Source: Chiloscyllium plagiosum (taxonomy: Eukaryota). Taken from it: a stretch of DNA of 64,000 nt. A model generated the notes under the pieces. It worked only from the letters and a program-made list of their open reading frames with translations. It searched no databases and was not told the origin of the DNA. The position numbers and the translations under genes were made by a program. This document shows positions 26,220-39,812 of the stretch, piece after piece (the first letter of the stretch is position 1; each line of letters starts with the position of its first letter). Location: the NCBI RefSeq assembly GCF_004010195.1, contig NC_057718.1, forward strand, positions 75,381,300-75,445,299, given 5' to 3'.

Positions 26220-26560
26220 TTAATAAGAGTCATATATATTAATGCACAGATTGGAAGGAATAAATTCAATGAGCTGCAGACACGAATTCAAATTGGAGGT
26301 TATGGTATTACCATTGTTAAGACCTGGCTGTCAGATGATTGGGTCAAGGAACTAAATATATCAGGTTATAAGTTTACAATATGGCTACGGAAAATGGCAA
26401 AGGGGGTAGAGTAGCCATACTGATTAGGTATCCCTTCAAATGGTGAAGGAGGATATAATGAGGGGAAAGTATCCAGTACAAACCTTATATGTGGAATTGA
26501 GGAAAAGTAAAGAACCAAAAACCACAATAAGTGTTGTGTATATATCATTTGTAGCAGCTC
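26220..26560 (+). mobile_element. CR1 endonuclease N-terminal fragment
   Basis: YINAQ..NKFNEL..KTWL..LNISGY. Confidence 0.6.
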
Positions 26561-26614
26561 TTAAGTGTGAGATTGTATACATGCATAGACTAGGCAAGTG
26601 TGTATTAGGCATAC

Positions 26615-26800
26615 AATCCAAAGATGTGCAGGTCAGGTGAATTGGCCATGCTCAATTACCTATAATATTAGGTGCATTAGTCAGGGGTAAATGTATTGTA
26701 GGGGAATGGGTTTGGGTGGGTTACTCTTGGAGGATCAGTGTGGACTGTTGGGCCAAAGGGCCTGTTTCCATACTGTAGGGAATCTAGTCTAAAAAAAAAG
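26615..26800 (+). mobile_element. HE1-like SINE 3' half
   Basis: HE1 body and tail. Confidence 0.8.
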
Positions 26801-26854
26801 TCAATAGGACTCAGAGGGAAAACTCTCTGTTAAACATATCAGTTCCAGGACATC

Positions 26855-27450
26855 TCTCCAGGAGTTCCTCAGGGCAATATCCTTGACCCAAACATCTTCA
26901 GCTGCTTCAGCAATGTCCTTCCTTCCATCATGAGGTCAGAGATGGATGTTCACTGATTATAGCACAATGTTCAGCAGCATTTGCGACTCCTCAGATATTG
27001 GAGCAGTCCACGCTCAAAAACAGCAAAATCTGGACAATATTCAGATTTGTGCTGACAAGTGGGAAGTGATATTTATACTAAAAGATTGCCAGCTATGACC
27101 ACCTCCAAGGAGATCTAGCCATTGCCTTTTCTCATTGTTGAAATCTGGGATATCAACATTATTGACCAGAAACTGAACTGAACTAGCCATATGAAAAGTG
27201 TGGCTGCAAAAGAATGTCAGAGGCTAGGATTGCTACAGTGAGTCACTCCCTGACTCCCAAACCTTGTCCTCCATTCACAAAGCACAAATCAGGGAATAGT
27301 CCCCAGTTGCTTGGATGAGTTAAGTTTCAACAATACTTATGAAGCTTGGTACCATCCAGAACAAAGCAAACAGCTTGATTGGCACCATGTCCAGAAACAT
27401 ACACTTCCTTCACCACCAAAGCATATTACAGCAGTGTACCGTCTATGAAA
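26855..27450 (+). mobile_element. Old CR1/L2-group LINE RT fragment
   Basis: GVPQGNILDP.IFSCF and a decayed FADD-like motif. Confidence 0.65.
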
Positions 27451-28479
27451 TTGCAGAGAGTTGTGAACGCAACTCAATCCTTCCCAAAAACCAGCCTTCC
27501 TTCCATTGACTCTGTTTACGTTTCCTGCTGTTTATGTTTGTAGTCTGTGCCTGTGTCGTGAAGCATTCCCCTGTAAACGTAAGTGAAAAATAAGCCCTCC
27601 TTTTGATTTACCTTTTCCACAGTGTTGTTGCATCCTGCTGAAGTCAGAATCCACAAGTGGAAGAAATGGCGAAACATGCCACTACCTTTTAAGTAATTTT
27701 TAAAAACAAATCACAAGCTGCTTGTGGATGGATAATGAAAAGAGAGGAAGATCTCTTTTAAAATGCACAATCTGTCCATGAACGAAATTGAGCACTCACA
27801 TCTGGAATTGGATCAAAGGATTTCACCAACGGGTACAAAATTTGATCAAAGGATCAGAAACAATCAAAATTACATTGATTTGAAATCAGAAGAGGAAAAG
27901 TAGATTGCTAAATTCAGCTGTAAAGCAAAATAAACAACTGCAACAAAAAACTTTGCTATTTTAACATTTAGAAATGGCACATTTTGATTCAAAGACATTT
28001 ATGCAGCAGGATAGTCTAACTGCTAAAATGTTAGCTAACCTGAGTACAGATCCATTTAAGACTGTAGCTCGGGAAATACAAGTGAAAGTACTCATCAAGG
28101 TAAAATGGAATGAAATCCTTAAAGTAGTGTTTGATAACCTAGGTCATCATCCCATTCCAGAGTAAGGTAGCTGAGGAATCAGCTCCTGAAGTTGACCCAG
28201 CCCTTGTGACCAGTATAGTCATTCAGTTGCTCTGCACATAAGACTGCAATATAAGTGTAACTCAATTCACTAGCAAAGTACACATTCCTCTCACAACGCT
28301 TCCAGGTTAGAGTGATGTCGAATCAATTTACTCCCTTTAGTTTAGTATGAGAGGACATATGATGCTTGATCTGTGAGACCTTTACCTCCAAAGTGCAAAG
28401 GTACATTTGACTTTATGACTCTATTGCTAATGAACAATCTGTAGGATTCTATTTAACAGAGTACTTTGGATCCCTCCCC

Positions 28480-28571
28480 CTTGAAGTAGGGCCTGTGCCC
28501 GAAACGTCGAATCTCCTGTTTCCTGGATGCTGCCTGACCTGCTGTGCTGTTCCAGCAATAAAGTTTCAACT
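28480..28571 (+). mobile_element. Single-arm PLE terminus with a mutated hammerhead core
   Basis: TTGAAGTA-GGGC-CTGT-GCCC-GAAA-CGTC-GAAT; near-identical to the right arm of the 41710 element. Confidence 0.8.
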
Positions 28572-28714
28572 TCGAACTTGCTTATGGTCCCAATTGCTAC
28601 TCCGCAGCAATTTAATGCTGGGAATGTTGTTGATTAACTTAAGATAAGAATTCTGTTCTTATTGCAGGAGAAACTCTGTTTTAGATGGTTAGTCAGCTGA
28701 CTCCATATGTTAAG

Positions 28715-29076
28715 GGAAGGAGGTGGCATTGTGATAATGTCATTAAATTAGCAATCCAAAACCCACACCAATGTTTTGGAGACATGGGTTTGAATCCCAC
28801 CATGAAACATGGTGAAATCTGAATTCAATGAAATCTGGAACGACAAGCTAGTCAAATGGTGACGATGCAACCCGTTCACCGTTTGTTGTTAAAAAACTAA
28901 CCTAACCAGTTCACAAATGTCCTTTTGGGATGGAAATCTGCTATCTTTAACTTGTCTGTCCTATGTGTGACTCCAAACCTGCAGCGATGTGGTTGAATTC
29001 TAAGTGCAGTCTGGGCAGTTAGGGATAAGCAATAAATGCTGGCCAAGCCAGTGATGCCCATATTCTGTGAAAAAAT
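28715..29076 (+). mobile_element. Old tRNA-derived SINE (non-HE1) with a LINE-type tail
   Basis: A/B-box-like head (GGGTTTGAATCCC), tail GCAATAAATGCTGGCCAAGCCAGTGATGCCCA and an A-run. Confidence 0.65.
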
Positions 29077-29681
29077 TAACAGAAAATAAACTACTATATA
29101 AGAGAAAGCTGTAGTGATCATAGTTTTGTCATTTTCTGCAAAGCACAATTTTCTGGCTGGTCAAAAGAGATTTGTTTTACTTACTCGATTATATTAAAGA
29201 TAAATTTAAGTTTCTGAAAATGGACAGAAGTGCATATTGAGAATTCAAAAGTGAACATTTATAAGTCCATTTTGTAGCTGTCGTCTTCACCGTGTGAAGC
29301 CAGTGTCAGACATTATACTGATACATTCACATCAACAGCTTACCGATGTGGAGCTCACACTGTGAGGTGCACTGCCTTGGAAAGGAGATTCCCAATATTG
29401 GATCCTTTGTACTTTGCACAGATTTAAAATATTTTAGAGAAAAGAGGGCATTTGACCCATTAGATTTCAGTTGCTGTTTATGCTCCATCTTTCTCCACTC
29501 TATCTCACCTCATCAACATATTCCTATATTTATTTCTTCCTAATGTGTTTATATGTATTGATTGTTGTCAAGTGGACTCAATTGGTAGCATCTTGTTTTT
29601 GAGTCACAGGAATCTGGGTTCAGGTTCTATTTCAGAAAGTGAGCAGAGAAATTAAGGCTGGCATTTTACCATGAAGATATT

Positions 29682-31846
29682 GGGCTGAATCTTAAGATTT
29701 TTTGACTAATTTTGTTTTGTGTTGAGTTTTTTTGGAGGTTCTTTGCCTCAAGGGTTTCTTCATCCCATCTTATCAAACCTTTCTCATTAACTGCCTACCT
29801 CGCCCATGTGTCCCTCTTGTCCAATTCTAGCTTCATTTTACCACGTGTTGTTCCCGGAACAAGTCACTACTCAACATATACCCCGGAGTTGACTGGCATC
29901 CATTGCACAAGAGCCATCTTTGAAAGGTCATTGTATGTCTGGACAAGCACTGTCAGAATGGAGTTGCCTTGCACGGGCCCTGTTATTTGCCCCAGACATT
30001 ACAGACAAGGGAAACTTGTTGCCTGGCTTTGTGGTCAGAGACCTGGAGGTCCTGTTAAATGGGATTGTGTACAGGTGGGATGTCCTGTTCTTCCAGAAAT
30101 ATAGTCAGCCTAGTGCAAGATTGTCACCCATATCAGTGCATTTTCAACTGTCTGATAGATAGTTATATAAGAAGGACAATCATCTTCTCCATTCTACCAG
30201 AACAAATGGCACATTCTTCTCTCAGCCACCTCAAACTCTCTCTTATTCTGCTATAGTATACACCTCCTAGTGTTCTTCCCTAATTCACTATCATTGACCT
30301 AACCCCCCCCCAACAGTACTGCATGCCCTCTGCGCTGCACACTCATTCTCTTGCATTAAATCCCCACTTACACCAAAGATAACAGCTGTGTTACTTATTT
30401 CCATCTTCTTTAATACCTGCCTTGCTCATTTCAGAAGAAAACAGCCTGCAATAGGGCAAAATGAGTAAAGATGGCTCGTGAGCTGTCTGATATTTGGCTT
30501 TCATAGAATCCCTACAGTGGGGAGGCAGGCCATTTGACCTATTGAGTCTATGCCAACTCTTCAAAGAGCACTCTACTCACACCCACCTCACTATTTTATA
30601 CCTGTAACCTTGCATTGCCCATGGCTAATCCATCTAACCAGCACATCTCTGAACACTATGTGCAATTTACCATGGCCAACTTACATAACCTGCATATCTT
30701 TGGACTGTGGGAGGAAAATGGAGCACTCAGAGGAAACCCACACAGACATGGAGGGAATGTGCAAGCTCACGATAATAACTGAGCCACTGAGCCATCCAAA
30801 GTGTTCAGAATCCTTATTCTGACTGACTGCGTCCAAGCCCCTGGACTGGTATCAAAGGCTGCCCTTGACTTGTGTTGGGCCCCCGAGCAAAGGAATTCTT
30901 CTCTGACTTGACTGAGGACTGCTGACAGACACGATGCTTCCTAACTTTGTGTCTACGCTAAACTGCATAGCAATACAGCAGAACTGTGAACAAGGGTATC
31001 TCTGGCTGAGATGGGAAAGCATAATAAGGTAAGTTAAGATAAGTCAATGATGTTGTGGGCTTCCAAGGTTCAGAATGAGCATTATGACAGCAAACAAACA
31101 GGACAGAGATGCAGCCTGTCCTAGATCATGAGCTGGATGTGTGGTATTAGCATTACAATGATAGTTGCTGAAGTGCAGAAGCATTCTTTAAGTGGATCGA
31201 CTATAACTAATGAAGCATGTCAGTTGTCCTGTGCCTAACATGGAGGTCCTTTGGAGAAAGCAGTAAGCTGAAGTTGCCAGGTGCCTAATCTGAATTCCAG
31301 TTTGAGAATTCTCAATGTCAATTTTGTTTGGTGTATTTAACAAGATAGAAGTTGAATTTTGATGAAGTGAATTGTGGCATTAATTCGGCATTTAACAAAT
31401 TTTATTCCTCTTTAATTAACAACTTGCCATTGTCTGCTGAGAAACCTACCCTTCTGTTTGGCAAATGCCCTAAAAAATATGCTAAACTCAGTCTTCATTG
31501 CGGCACCAGCAAATGGCATGCCTGGAGGTGTAGATGATGAGGAGGTAAAGTAATGGCTGCAGCTATATAAGGGTGAGCAAGCCTGGTACTCCTGTTGTCC
31601 CAAGGTGGCATTGGCTCTAGCAAATGCCCAAAGTGATTAGGCATTGCTCTAGTTCTAGTCCACAGGAGCAGAAGGTTCAGAATACACTGGAGGACATGGA
31701 CGAGTGGCAATATCCTTTTATAGAGCTGGTAGCTGCAAGGGCTTCATTTCAATGTGGACAATGAGGCCAGAGTATGATCTATTAAGGGGGAGTTGTTTGT
31801 AAATTGATAGGGGGAAACCATTAAGAAAAGATGTGAAAATTCACCC
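29682..31846. mobile_element. Harbinger-like DNA transposon remnant
   Basis: Imperfect inverted ends GGGCTGAATCTT / AAAATTCACCC; Myb/SANT-like PGFVVRDLEVLLNGIVYRWDVLF (about 30010-30095); a further exon-like ag|KKTACNRAK (about 30435). Confidence 0.5.
30500..30795 (-). mobile_element. Older HE1-like SINE
   Basis: Antisense HE1 body. Confidence 0.75.
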
Positions 31847-32339
31847 TTCCAAATAGTAGACATCTGTTTGAACTGAAGTTCAGTCTGTGGTTCTGCTATT
31901 TGGCTAACTGAGTGTGCATGATTATTCTGTTTTCTCATCCAAATCAATCACAGGTCAGAAAATTGTCATCTTCAAGCAACATTCTTCACCTTTGAGGTGG
32001 AGAAGGGGTCTATGATAGTCATAAAGTCATACAGCAAGGAAACAGACGCTTTGGTCCAAACATTCATGTCAAACATAATCCCAAACTAAACTAGTCCCAC
32101 CTGCCTGCTCCTGGCCCATATCCCTCCAAACCTTTCCTAACCTTTCATATCCTGAAAGGATATAAAATAACATCTTTGCCTTACAGAAACCAATGAAACC
32201 TTTATTAAAAACACTCTCTGACACAAATAGTAGCATTAGACATCTACTCATGTTGTCCAAGTGCATCAGACGTGTTTTTCTACTAAATGTTCTCCCTTCA
32301 CTGTCAGATGCGGTGGAGGTAGGCTGTTGGTTGTTTTCA

Positions 32340-32685
32340 TAGATTCATAGAATCCCCACAATGTGGAAACAGGCGATTTGGCCCAACAAGTCCACACCGA
32401 TTATTTGAAGACCATCCCACCCGGACCCATCACCCTATCCTATCCGTGTAACCCTGCATTTCTTGTGGCTAATGCACCTAACCTACACATCCTTGAACAC
32501 TGTGGGTAATTTAGCCTGGCCAATCCACCTTACCTGCACATCTTTGGACTGTGGGAGGAGCACCCTGCAGAAACCCATACAAACATGGGGAGAAAGTGCA
32601 AACCCCACACACATACAGTCGCCTGAAGTTGGAATTGAACCCGGGTCTCTGGTGCTGTGAGGTTGTAGTGCTAACCATTGAGCCA
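32340..32685 (-). mobile_element. HE1-like SINE
   Basis: Antisense HE1 head and body. Confidence 0.8.
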
Positions 32686-33132
32686 GTAGCTAACAAGATC
32701 ACAGTAGCCCAGTCAGGCAGTTTCCTGGTGCATAGCTAAACGATTGGCAGTTAACTGCCAGCTAACCTCCTCCGTAAGGTGTTTAAACAATCAAAGGGGA
32801 CCCAATAATCTCACCAGTGTTGATGGGGTGGGAGTGGAATGTGCAAAGACTGTGAAAGGCCCCTCAACACTCTACTCTGACACTAAGGCAAACTCCTCTC
32901 TGTGACCAGCCAGTCAACAGAATTTGCCATGCTCACAGGCTCAGGGAAGGGGGTAAGAACTGAGACTTTAAAATCCTTAAGCACTTCCCAACACCTCCAG
33001 GTCTTGAAGTTGGTTCCCAAGATGAGACAACTGCCCCTTGGTGAGAGATAGGCCCTAACTTTGGTCGCCCTTCTATAGAAAGGATGCGGTTAAGCGTAAG
33101 AGGATTTACAAGAATGTTGTCGGAACTGGAAG

Positions 33133-33632
33133 NNNNNNNNNNNNNNNNNNNNNNNNNNNNNNNNNNNNNNNNNNNNNNNNNNNNNNNNNNNNNNNNNNNN
33201 NNNNNNNNNNNNNNNNNNNNNNNNNNNNNNNNNNNNNNNNNNNNNNNNNNNNNNNNNNNNNNNNNNNNNNNNNNNNNNNNNNNNNNNNNNNNNNNNNNNN
33301 NNNNNNNNNNNNNNNNNNNNNNNNNNNNNNNNNNNNNNNNNNNNNNNNNNNNNNNNNNNNNNNNNNNNNNNNNNNNNNNNNNNNNNNNNNNNNNNNNNNN
33401 NNNNNNNNNNNNNNNNNNNNNNNNNNNNNNNNNNNNNNNNNNNNNNNNNNNNNNNNNNNNNNNNNNNNNNNNNNNNNNNNNNNNNNNNNNNNNNNNNNNN
33501 NNNNNNNNNNNNNNNNNNNNNNNNNNNNNNNNNNNNNNNNNNNNNNNNNNNNNNNNNNNNNNNNNNNNNNNNNNNNNNNNNNNNNNNNNNNNNNNNNNNN
33601 NNNNNNNNNNNNNNNNNNNNNNNNNNNNNNNN
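33133..33632. other. Assembly gap
   Basis: Run of N. Confidence 1.
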
Positions 33633-34517
33633 GATTACTGTATCCACTTCTGGGTGCCATACTTTCAGAACAATGCGAAGGCATATTGCAAAGTTGAAAA
33701 AAATAGAGAAAAGGATCAATTAATACAGGAAATTTCAGGCAGTAGATAGTTACAATTTGCTGCATTACAGTGTGGTGGGGCAGATTCAGTTGAGACATTT
33801 TAAAGAGAATTCTATTGTTATCTGGAACAGAAGAATGTGTCGGTCTAATAGCAAAGACATCAGAGTGGCAGGAGATAAGTTGTTTCTATGAAGAATCAGT
33901 GTAGACACAATGGTAAAACTTCCCACTTCAATGCTGTAACAATTCAATAATTCTGGCTTGTGTTATGAAACACTTTTTTTTCTTTGCAAGTTCAATCTTA
34001 TCCTGCAGGTTGTCTCCATCTTTACCAAAGGCTCCACTAACAATGATTTTCTGCAAACTCAAAGGAAGAATTTTGTTCTTTCCCTCAAGTCCTTTTTTCA
34101 AAACATAAGATTACTCGCAAATTGCAGCAGAAAGATTTCCTCAGCCAATAATTGATAACGAAATTGGAGTTCTGAACATTTCTGTGAAAGAGAGACTTCA
34201 TTCCTCCATTAATTTATCTTTTTGCTGTGTCAATTCTATGTAAGTATTGGCTATCTGTATTGAGTAGTTCTGTTAATAAGCCATAATCTTTTCTTTCTCA
34301 GTCTCCAAGCTTGATTGCATGTGTAATGGCTGGATGGTTAGTTCATTTCTTTCTTTGGCACAGTTAGAGTACATCAAGTCTTATTATACTTTGATTGAAT
34401 GGTTCAAGCTCCTTCTGATCTTAAATTTCCCCAAGGCATTCCTTGACTCTGGAAGTTTTATAACTTGATTGTCTTCCTTATTGATAAGAGATGGCTGGGT
34501 GTTTCCATAGTTTGATG

Positions 34518-34604
34518 GAAATGTGTTGCTGGAAAAGCGCAGCAGGTCAGGCAGCATCTAGGGAACAGGAGAATCGACGTTTCGGGCATTAGCCCTTCTT
34601 CAGG
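34518..34604 (-). mobile_element. PLE terminus with an intact hammerhead core (34573-34603)
   Basis: Reverse complement CTGAAGA-A-GGGC-TAAT-GCCC-GAAA-CGTC-GATT..GATGCTGCCTGACCTGCTGCGC. Confidence 0.8.
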
Positions 34605-35764
34605 TTTGCTGATCAGAGTTCAGTTGAAGGCTTTTGTTAGCTTTCTTGTGCATTGACAATTATGGAGCATAGAACGTAGTCTAATCCAGACATAACTATA
34701 TCCTTTCTCTTGGATAGCTCTCTGTTATCCACTTGCCATTGTTGAACTACCATTTCATTCAAGAATAATGTCTCTCGGATAGCGATAGCACCTATTACTT
34801 GGATAGTTGGAAGTTGTCTGTTTACACACTACCTTGCGACATGTTAAAATCTCTGATTGTTCCTCTGGCCAACCACCTGAAAATGGCTTAACCTATAGCA
34901 TGTGTTGCATTCTGCATTGATAGGGTTAGTGCTGATATCGAGCCGTCCTGTACCAATATGAACAAGAAACTATTCTCTTACGGTTGTCTTACTGACTCAT
35001 TAATATCCCTCAAATCAACTAAGTAGACTGAGTCACTGGGCTAATTCCTGGATGATTCTCTCCTCTCTTGGATAAGATGCTTTTTCTGTTTACAAAGTTT
35101 AGTATAATTGACAAACTGTATTACTTATGGTACTTTTGAAAGGTTTTCTTTAGACTGTAAGAACTCTGACTGGGTTTCTTCTTGTGCTCACAATGCAAAG
35201 TAGTCTCATATGAATACTTCTTGGGAATTATGCTCAAGATTGTGTAAATTATTTGTGGGGGAGTCAAAACAGACATACTAGCTTTTAACCACCCAATATA
35301 GAAGGATTGATTATGTACATGCTTTGGTGATCCAGGAAAGGAAACATATGGTATTCACTGATATATTGGAACCTTTTCACTAACGGTGGGAACTACAGGA
35401 GCTGGTGAGCATTATTCCTGCGCAGAAACAAATTTGAATTTGAATTTGTACTTTATCTTTGTGGCTTTGTGCTGTGTTATAATACTCCTTAAAGAGAAAA
35501 GCATTTGTTAATTTGGTTTAATTTGACTTACTTTGTCTAACAGGTTTTCAAAATATACAAAAGAGTCAATAGTTTCCCCAGTTTCAGCTTTGCTGATGAA
35601 ACTTTGCTGAGTTTATAATGGAGATTTGCTTTAAACTGAAATAGGAGTTAAAAGCTTTAATCACATCATCATATGTTGCAGTTTCTTCTGCTATGCTTTG
35701 TCTGGCAAGAACTAACATTAGCAAGAACAGCATTAGCACTGTTGCTGACATATATTGTAATACA

Positions 35765-36282
35765 CTGACTAGGTAATATCTTCAGTGAGCCTCCGCGTAG
35801 CCCACTTTCTATTTATATGTTTGGGTTTCCTTGGGTTGGTGACACCATTTCCTGTGGTGATGTCATTTCCTATGGTTATGTAATTTCCCTGTCCTTTTTC
35901 TCAGGGGGTGATAAATGGGATCCAAGTCAATGTGTTTGTTGATAGCGTTCCGGTTGGAATGCCATTCTTCTAGGCATTCTCGTGTATGTCTGTTTGGCTT
36001 GTCCTTGGATGGATATGTTGTCCCAGTCGAAGTCGTGGCCTTCCTCATCCATATGTAAGGAGAGTGGGCCATGTTTTTTTGTAGCTAGTTGATGTTCATG
36101 TATCCTGGTGGCTAGTTTTCTGGCCGAAAACAGGGGCTATACCACCTATGCTTCATTCGAAGGCTCACTGAAGATGTTACCTAGTATGGTGACGAAACAC
36201 CTGAAAATGAACCTTCCAGCTCAGCAGGAAAACCTACATCCAGGACCTCAACCTGAGCTACAAATCTTTTCAAAACTCGCTA
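35765..36282. mobile_element. Penelope-like fragment with inversion: minus-strand GIY-YIG tail and plus-strand terminus with a decayed hammerhead
   Basis: RECLEEWHSNRNAINKHIDLDPIY on the minus strand; tca-CTGAAGA-T-GTTACC-TAGTAT-GGTGAC-GAAA-CACC-tga at about 36165-36204; antisense partial copy at about 35768-35792. Confidence 0.7.
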
Positions 36283-36883
36283 ATACACTGACTTTGGACA
36301 TTGTCAAAGCCTGAACCTACACAGTATTTGCTTATTTTTAATGCTATTGTATCCAATAGAGAGTTTAGTCATGCTCAAGAGAGTCTGGTAAAAGCAAGTC
36401 ATTTTCCAACCTCGGTCAGTGTTCTACATGGCAAAAGTGATTAAAATGCTTACTATACTTACATTTTTTTTAGCTTTTACATAGGCTTTCCCTCTTATGA
36501 TCAATTGTGCTAGTTTCCTCTCTTGTGAGGTTATGCATATCTGTCAAGGTTTCTGATTACAGGAATGCATTGCTCATTCGTAGCTGACTGTTCTTTTTTC
36601 TTGGTGCTTACAGCATTGTACTGCAGTTTTTCTCCTATGTTTTCTAGCTTTTATGCCAGCATTTCCTCTTTCTGTGGATGTTGGTGCCGAGGTGGATTTT
36701 GAAATCGAACAATTGGTGCTTGCTGTCTCTGCTGAGCACCTCATCAGGTATTTCAACATTTCTGGGGACAGTTTGCTGAGCTGGCCTTGTAACTTACCTA
36801 TAGCACTGTATAGTCACTGGGTTCTGTGGGTCTAGTCACTGCTGCTACCATGTAGCATTCTGAGCTCTACACACATACAGCCT

Positions 36884-39083
36884 CCAATTTCATCATCCGT
36901 GAATCCCACACCACCTACCTACCTCCTACCGAAGATTTACAAACCTGACTGTCTCGGTCGACCCATTGTCTTAGCCTGTTCCTGTCCCACTGAACTCATC
37001 CCTGCCTACTTTGACACTGTCCTGTTCCCCCTAGTCCAGGAACTCCCCACCTACATTGAGGGCACCACCCACGCCCTACCCCTCCTCCAAGACTCCTGTT
37101 TCCCCGGCCCCCAGTGTCTCATTTTCACCACGGACATCCTGTCCCTGTACATATCCATCCGCCATGACAAAAGCCTCCAAGCCCTGCATTTCTTCCTCTC
37201 GCGCTGTCCCAACAGTACCTTTCCACTGACACCTTCATCCGCCTGGCTGAACTGATCCTCACCCTCAATAACTTCTCCTTCCAATCCTCCCACTTCCTCC
37301 AACCCAAAGGAGTAGCAATGGGCATCCACATGGGACCCAGCTATTCCTGCCTCTTTGTCGGGTACGTGGAACAGTCCATCTTCCGCAGCTACCTCGGCAT
37401 CACTCTCCACTTTTTCCTCCGCTATATCGATGACTATTGGCTCTACCTCATGCTGCAATGAGGAGGTTGAAAAGTTCATCAATTTCAGTAACACCTTTCA
37501 CCCTGGCCTCAAACTCACCTGGATCATCTCAGATACCTCCTAGACTGCTCCATCTCTGGGGCGGGCATGGTGGCTCAGTGGTTAACACTGCTGCCTCACA
37601 ACGCCAGGGACTCGAGTTCAATTCCCACCCAGGGTGACTGTCTGTGTGGAGTTTGCACATTCTCCCTGTGCCTGCATGGGTTTCTTCCCACAATCCAAAG
37701 ATGTGCAGATCAGGTGAATTGGCCATGTTAATTTGCCCATGGTGATAGGCACATTAATCAGGGATAAATGTTGGGGAATGGGTCTGGGTGACTCTTTGGA
37801 GGGTCGGTGTGGACTTGTTGGGCTGAAGAGCCTATTTCCATACTGTAGGGAAACTAATAAAAAAAAATCCACCTCCATCTCCGGCGACCGACTAACCACG
37901 GTCATCTACTACAAGCCCATCGACTCCTGCAGCTACCTGGACTACATCTCCTCCCATCCTGCCTCCTGTAAAATTGCCATCCCTTATTCCCAATTCCTCT
38001 TCTTCTGCCGCATCTGTTCCCAGGATGATCATTTCCACTTTAGAAAATCCCAGATGGCCTCCTTCTTCAAAGGTTGCAATTTCCCTTCCCACGTGGTCAA
38101 CGATGCCCTCCAGCATATCTCCTACACTTCCCACACCTTTGTCTTTGAACCCCACCCCTCCCAATGCAACAAGGACAGGACCCCCCGGTCCTCACCTTCC
38201 ACTCCACCAACTTCCATATATATCGCATCATCCTCCGGCACTTCCACCACCTACAAACGAACCCTACCACCAGAGATATATTTCCCTCCCCACCCCATCA
38301 GCATTCCGGAGAGATCATTCCCTCCACGACTTCCTTGTCAGATCCATGTCCCCCTACCAGCCTATATACCACTCCCAGCACCTTCCTCTGCCACCGCAGG
38401 AAGTGCAAAACATGCACTCACACTTCTCCCCTCACCTCCATCCAAGGCCCCAAAGGATCCTTCCACATCAGACAGAAATTTACTGTACCTCCACCAATGT
38501 CATCTACTGTATCTTTTATACCCGATGTGACCTTCTCTATGTTGGGGAGACAGGACACCAATTTGCAAATCATTTCAGAGAACATCTCTGGGACACCCGC
38601 ACCAACCAACCCCACAGCCTAATGGCTGAACTCTTCAACTCCCGCTCCCACTCCGCCAAGGACTTGCAGATCCTGGGTTCCTCCATCACCAAACCCTTTT
38701 CACCCAACATCTGGAGGAAGAACACCTCATCTTTCACATTGGGACCCTGCCACCACACCCTGCCACACTAGTTTCTTCATTTCCCCTTCCCTCACCTTAT
38801 CCCAGTCCCAAGCCTCCAACTTGGCACCACCCTCTTGACCTGACCATCGCCTTTCCCATCTATCCACACCACCCTCCTCTCCAACCTATCACTTTCACTC
38901 CCATCTTCATCGATCTATTGTACTCTCAGCTACCTTCTCCCCAACCCCACCCCCCTCCCATTTATCTCTCAACCCCCAGGCCCACAAGCCTCATTCCTGA
39001 TGAAGGGCTTATGTTTGAAATGTCGATTCTCCTGCTCTTTGGATGCTGCCTGACCAACTGTGCTTTTCCAGCATCACACTCTC
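36884..39083 (+). mobile_element. Decayed Penelope-like element (RT, GIY-YIG and terminal repeat)
   Basis: YLLPKIYKP..GRPIV, DILSLY.SI, KGVAMG, FLRYIDD, YYKPID, IYCI..LYVGETG..FREH; decayed hammerhead at 38993-39028. Confidence 0.92.
37560..37868 (+). mobile_element. HE1-like SINE inserted in the PLE RT
   Basis: TSD-like CTCCATCTCTGG (37548-37559) / CTCCATCTCCGG (37873-37884). Confidence 0.88.
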
Positions 39084-39358
39084 GCCACATATGAATCAAC
39101 TATACAGGCCTAACTAAGCATAACTATTCACAAAACATGTTAAGAATAAGGACATCCTTCTGGAAGCTTCCAGTTCCAGGCTCCAATTTGGGATGGGAGG
39201 GAAGGGGGGGACAGGCTTTAGAGAGCAGCACAATGCAACCTGGAGTGACGAGAAGGCATTGACACAGTGCCCTGTGTTGGTGATCTTGCAGTTGCTCTCT
39301 ACTCCTCCTGTGGTAAGGTCAGTGCTGCTGCCTGACCCTCATTTTGAACTGAACTGTT

Positions 39359-39812
39359 TTGCTGCTGCTGTCTGGGCCCAGGTTTGACTGGAGCTGTCTA
39401 CTGCTGCTGTCTAGGCCCAGTTCTGACCAGGGCTCTCTACTGCTGCTGTCTGGGACCAGCTCTGACTGGAGCTGTCTACTGCTGCTGTCTGGGACCAGCT
39501 CTGACTGGAGCTGTCTACTGCTGCTGTCTAGGCCCAGCTCTGATCGGGGCTGTCTACTGCTGCTGTCTAGGCCCAGCTCTGATCGGGGCTGTCTACTGCT
39601 GCTGTCTGGGCCCAGTTCTGACCAGGGCTGTCTACTGCCGTTGTCTGGGCCCAGCTGTGACTGGAGCTGTCTATTGCTGCTGTCTAGATCCAGCTCTGAC
39701 CGGGGCTGTCTACTGCCGCTGTCTAGGCCCAACTCTGACCGGGGCTGTCTACTGCCGCTGTCTGGGCCCAGCTGTGACCGGGGCTGTCTACTGCTGCTGT
39801 CTGAGCCCAGTT
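39359..39812. repeat. 39-bp minisatellite, about 11-12 copies
   Basis: Unit approximately GCTGCTGTCTGGGCCCAGCTCTGACTGGAGCTGTCTACT. Confidence 0.95.

Noticed and set aside
33084..33798. Long ORFs of 209-230 aa
   Set aside because: Artefacts of the N gap
34200..35750. Possible ancient minus-strand Gypsy gag/pol remnant (KFHQ..GETIDSF)
   Set aside because: Too degraded to support without a profile search
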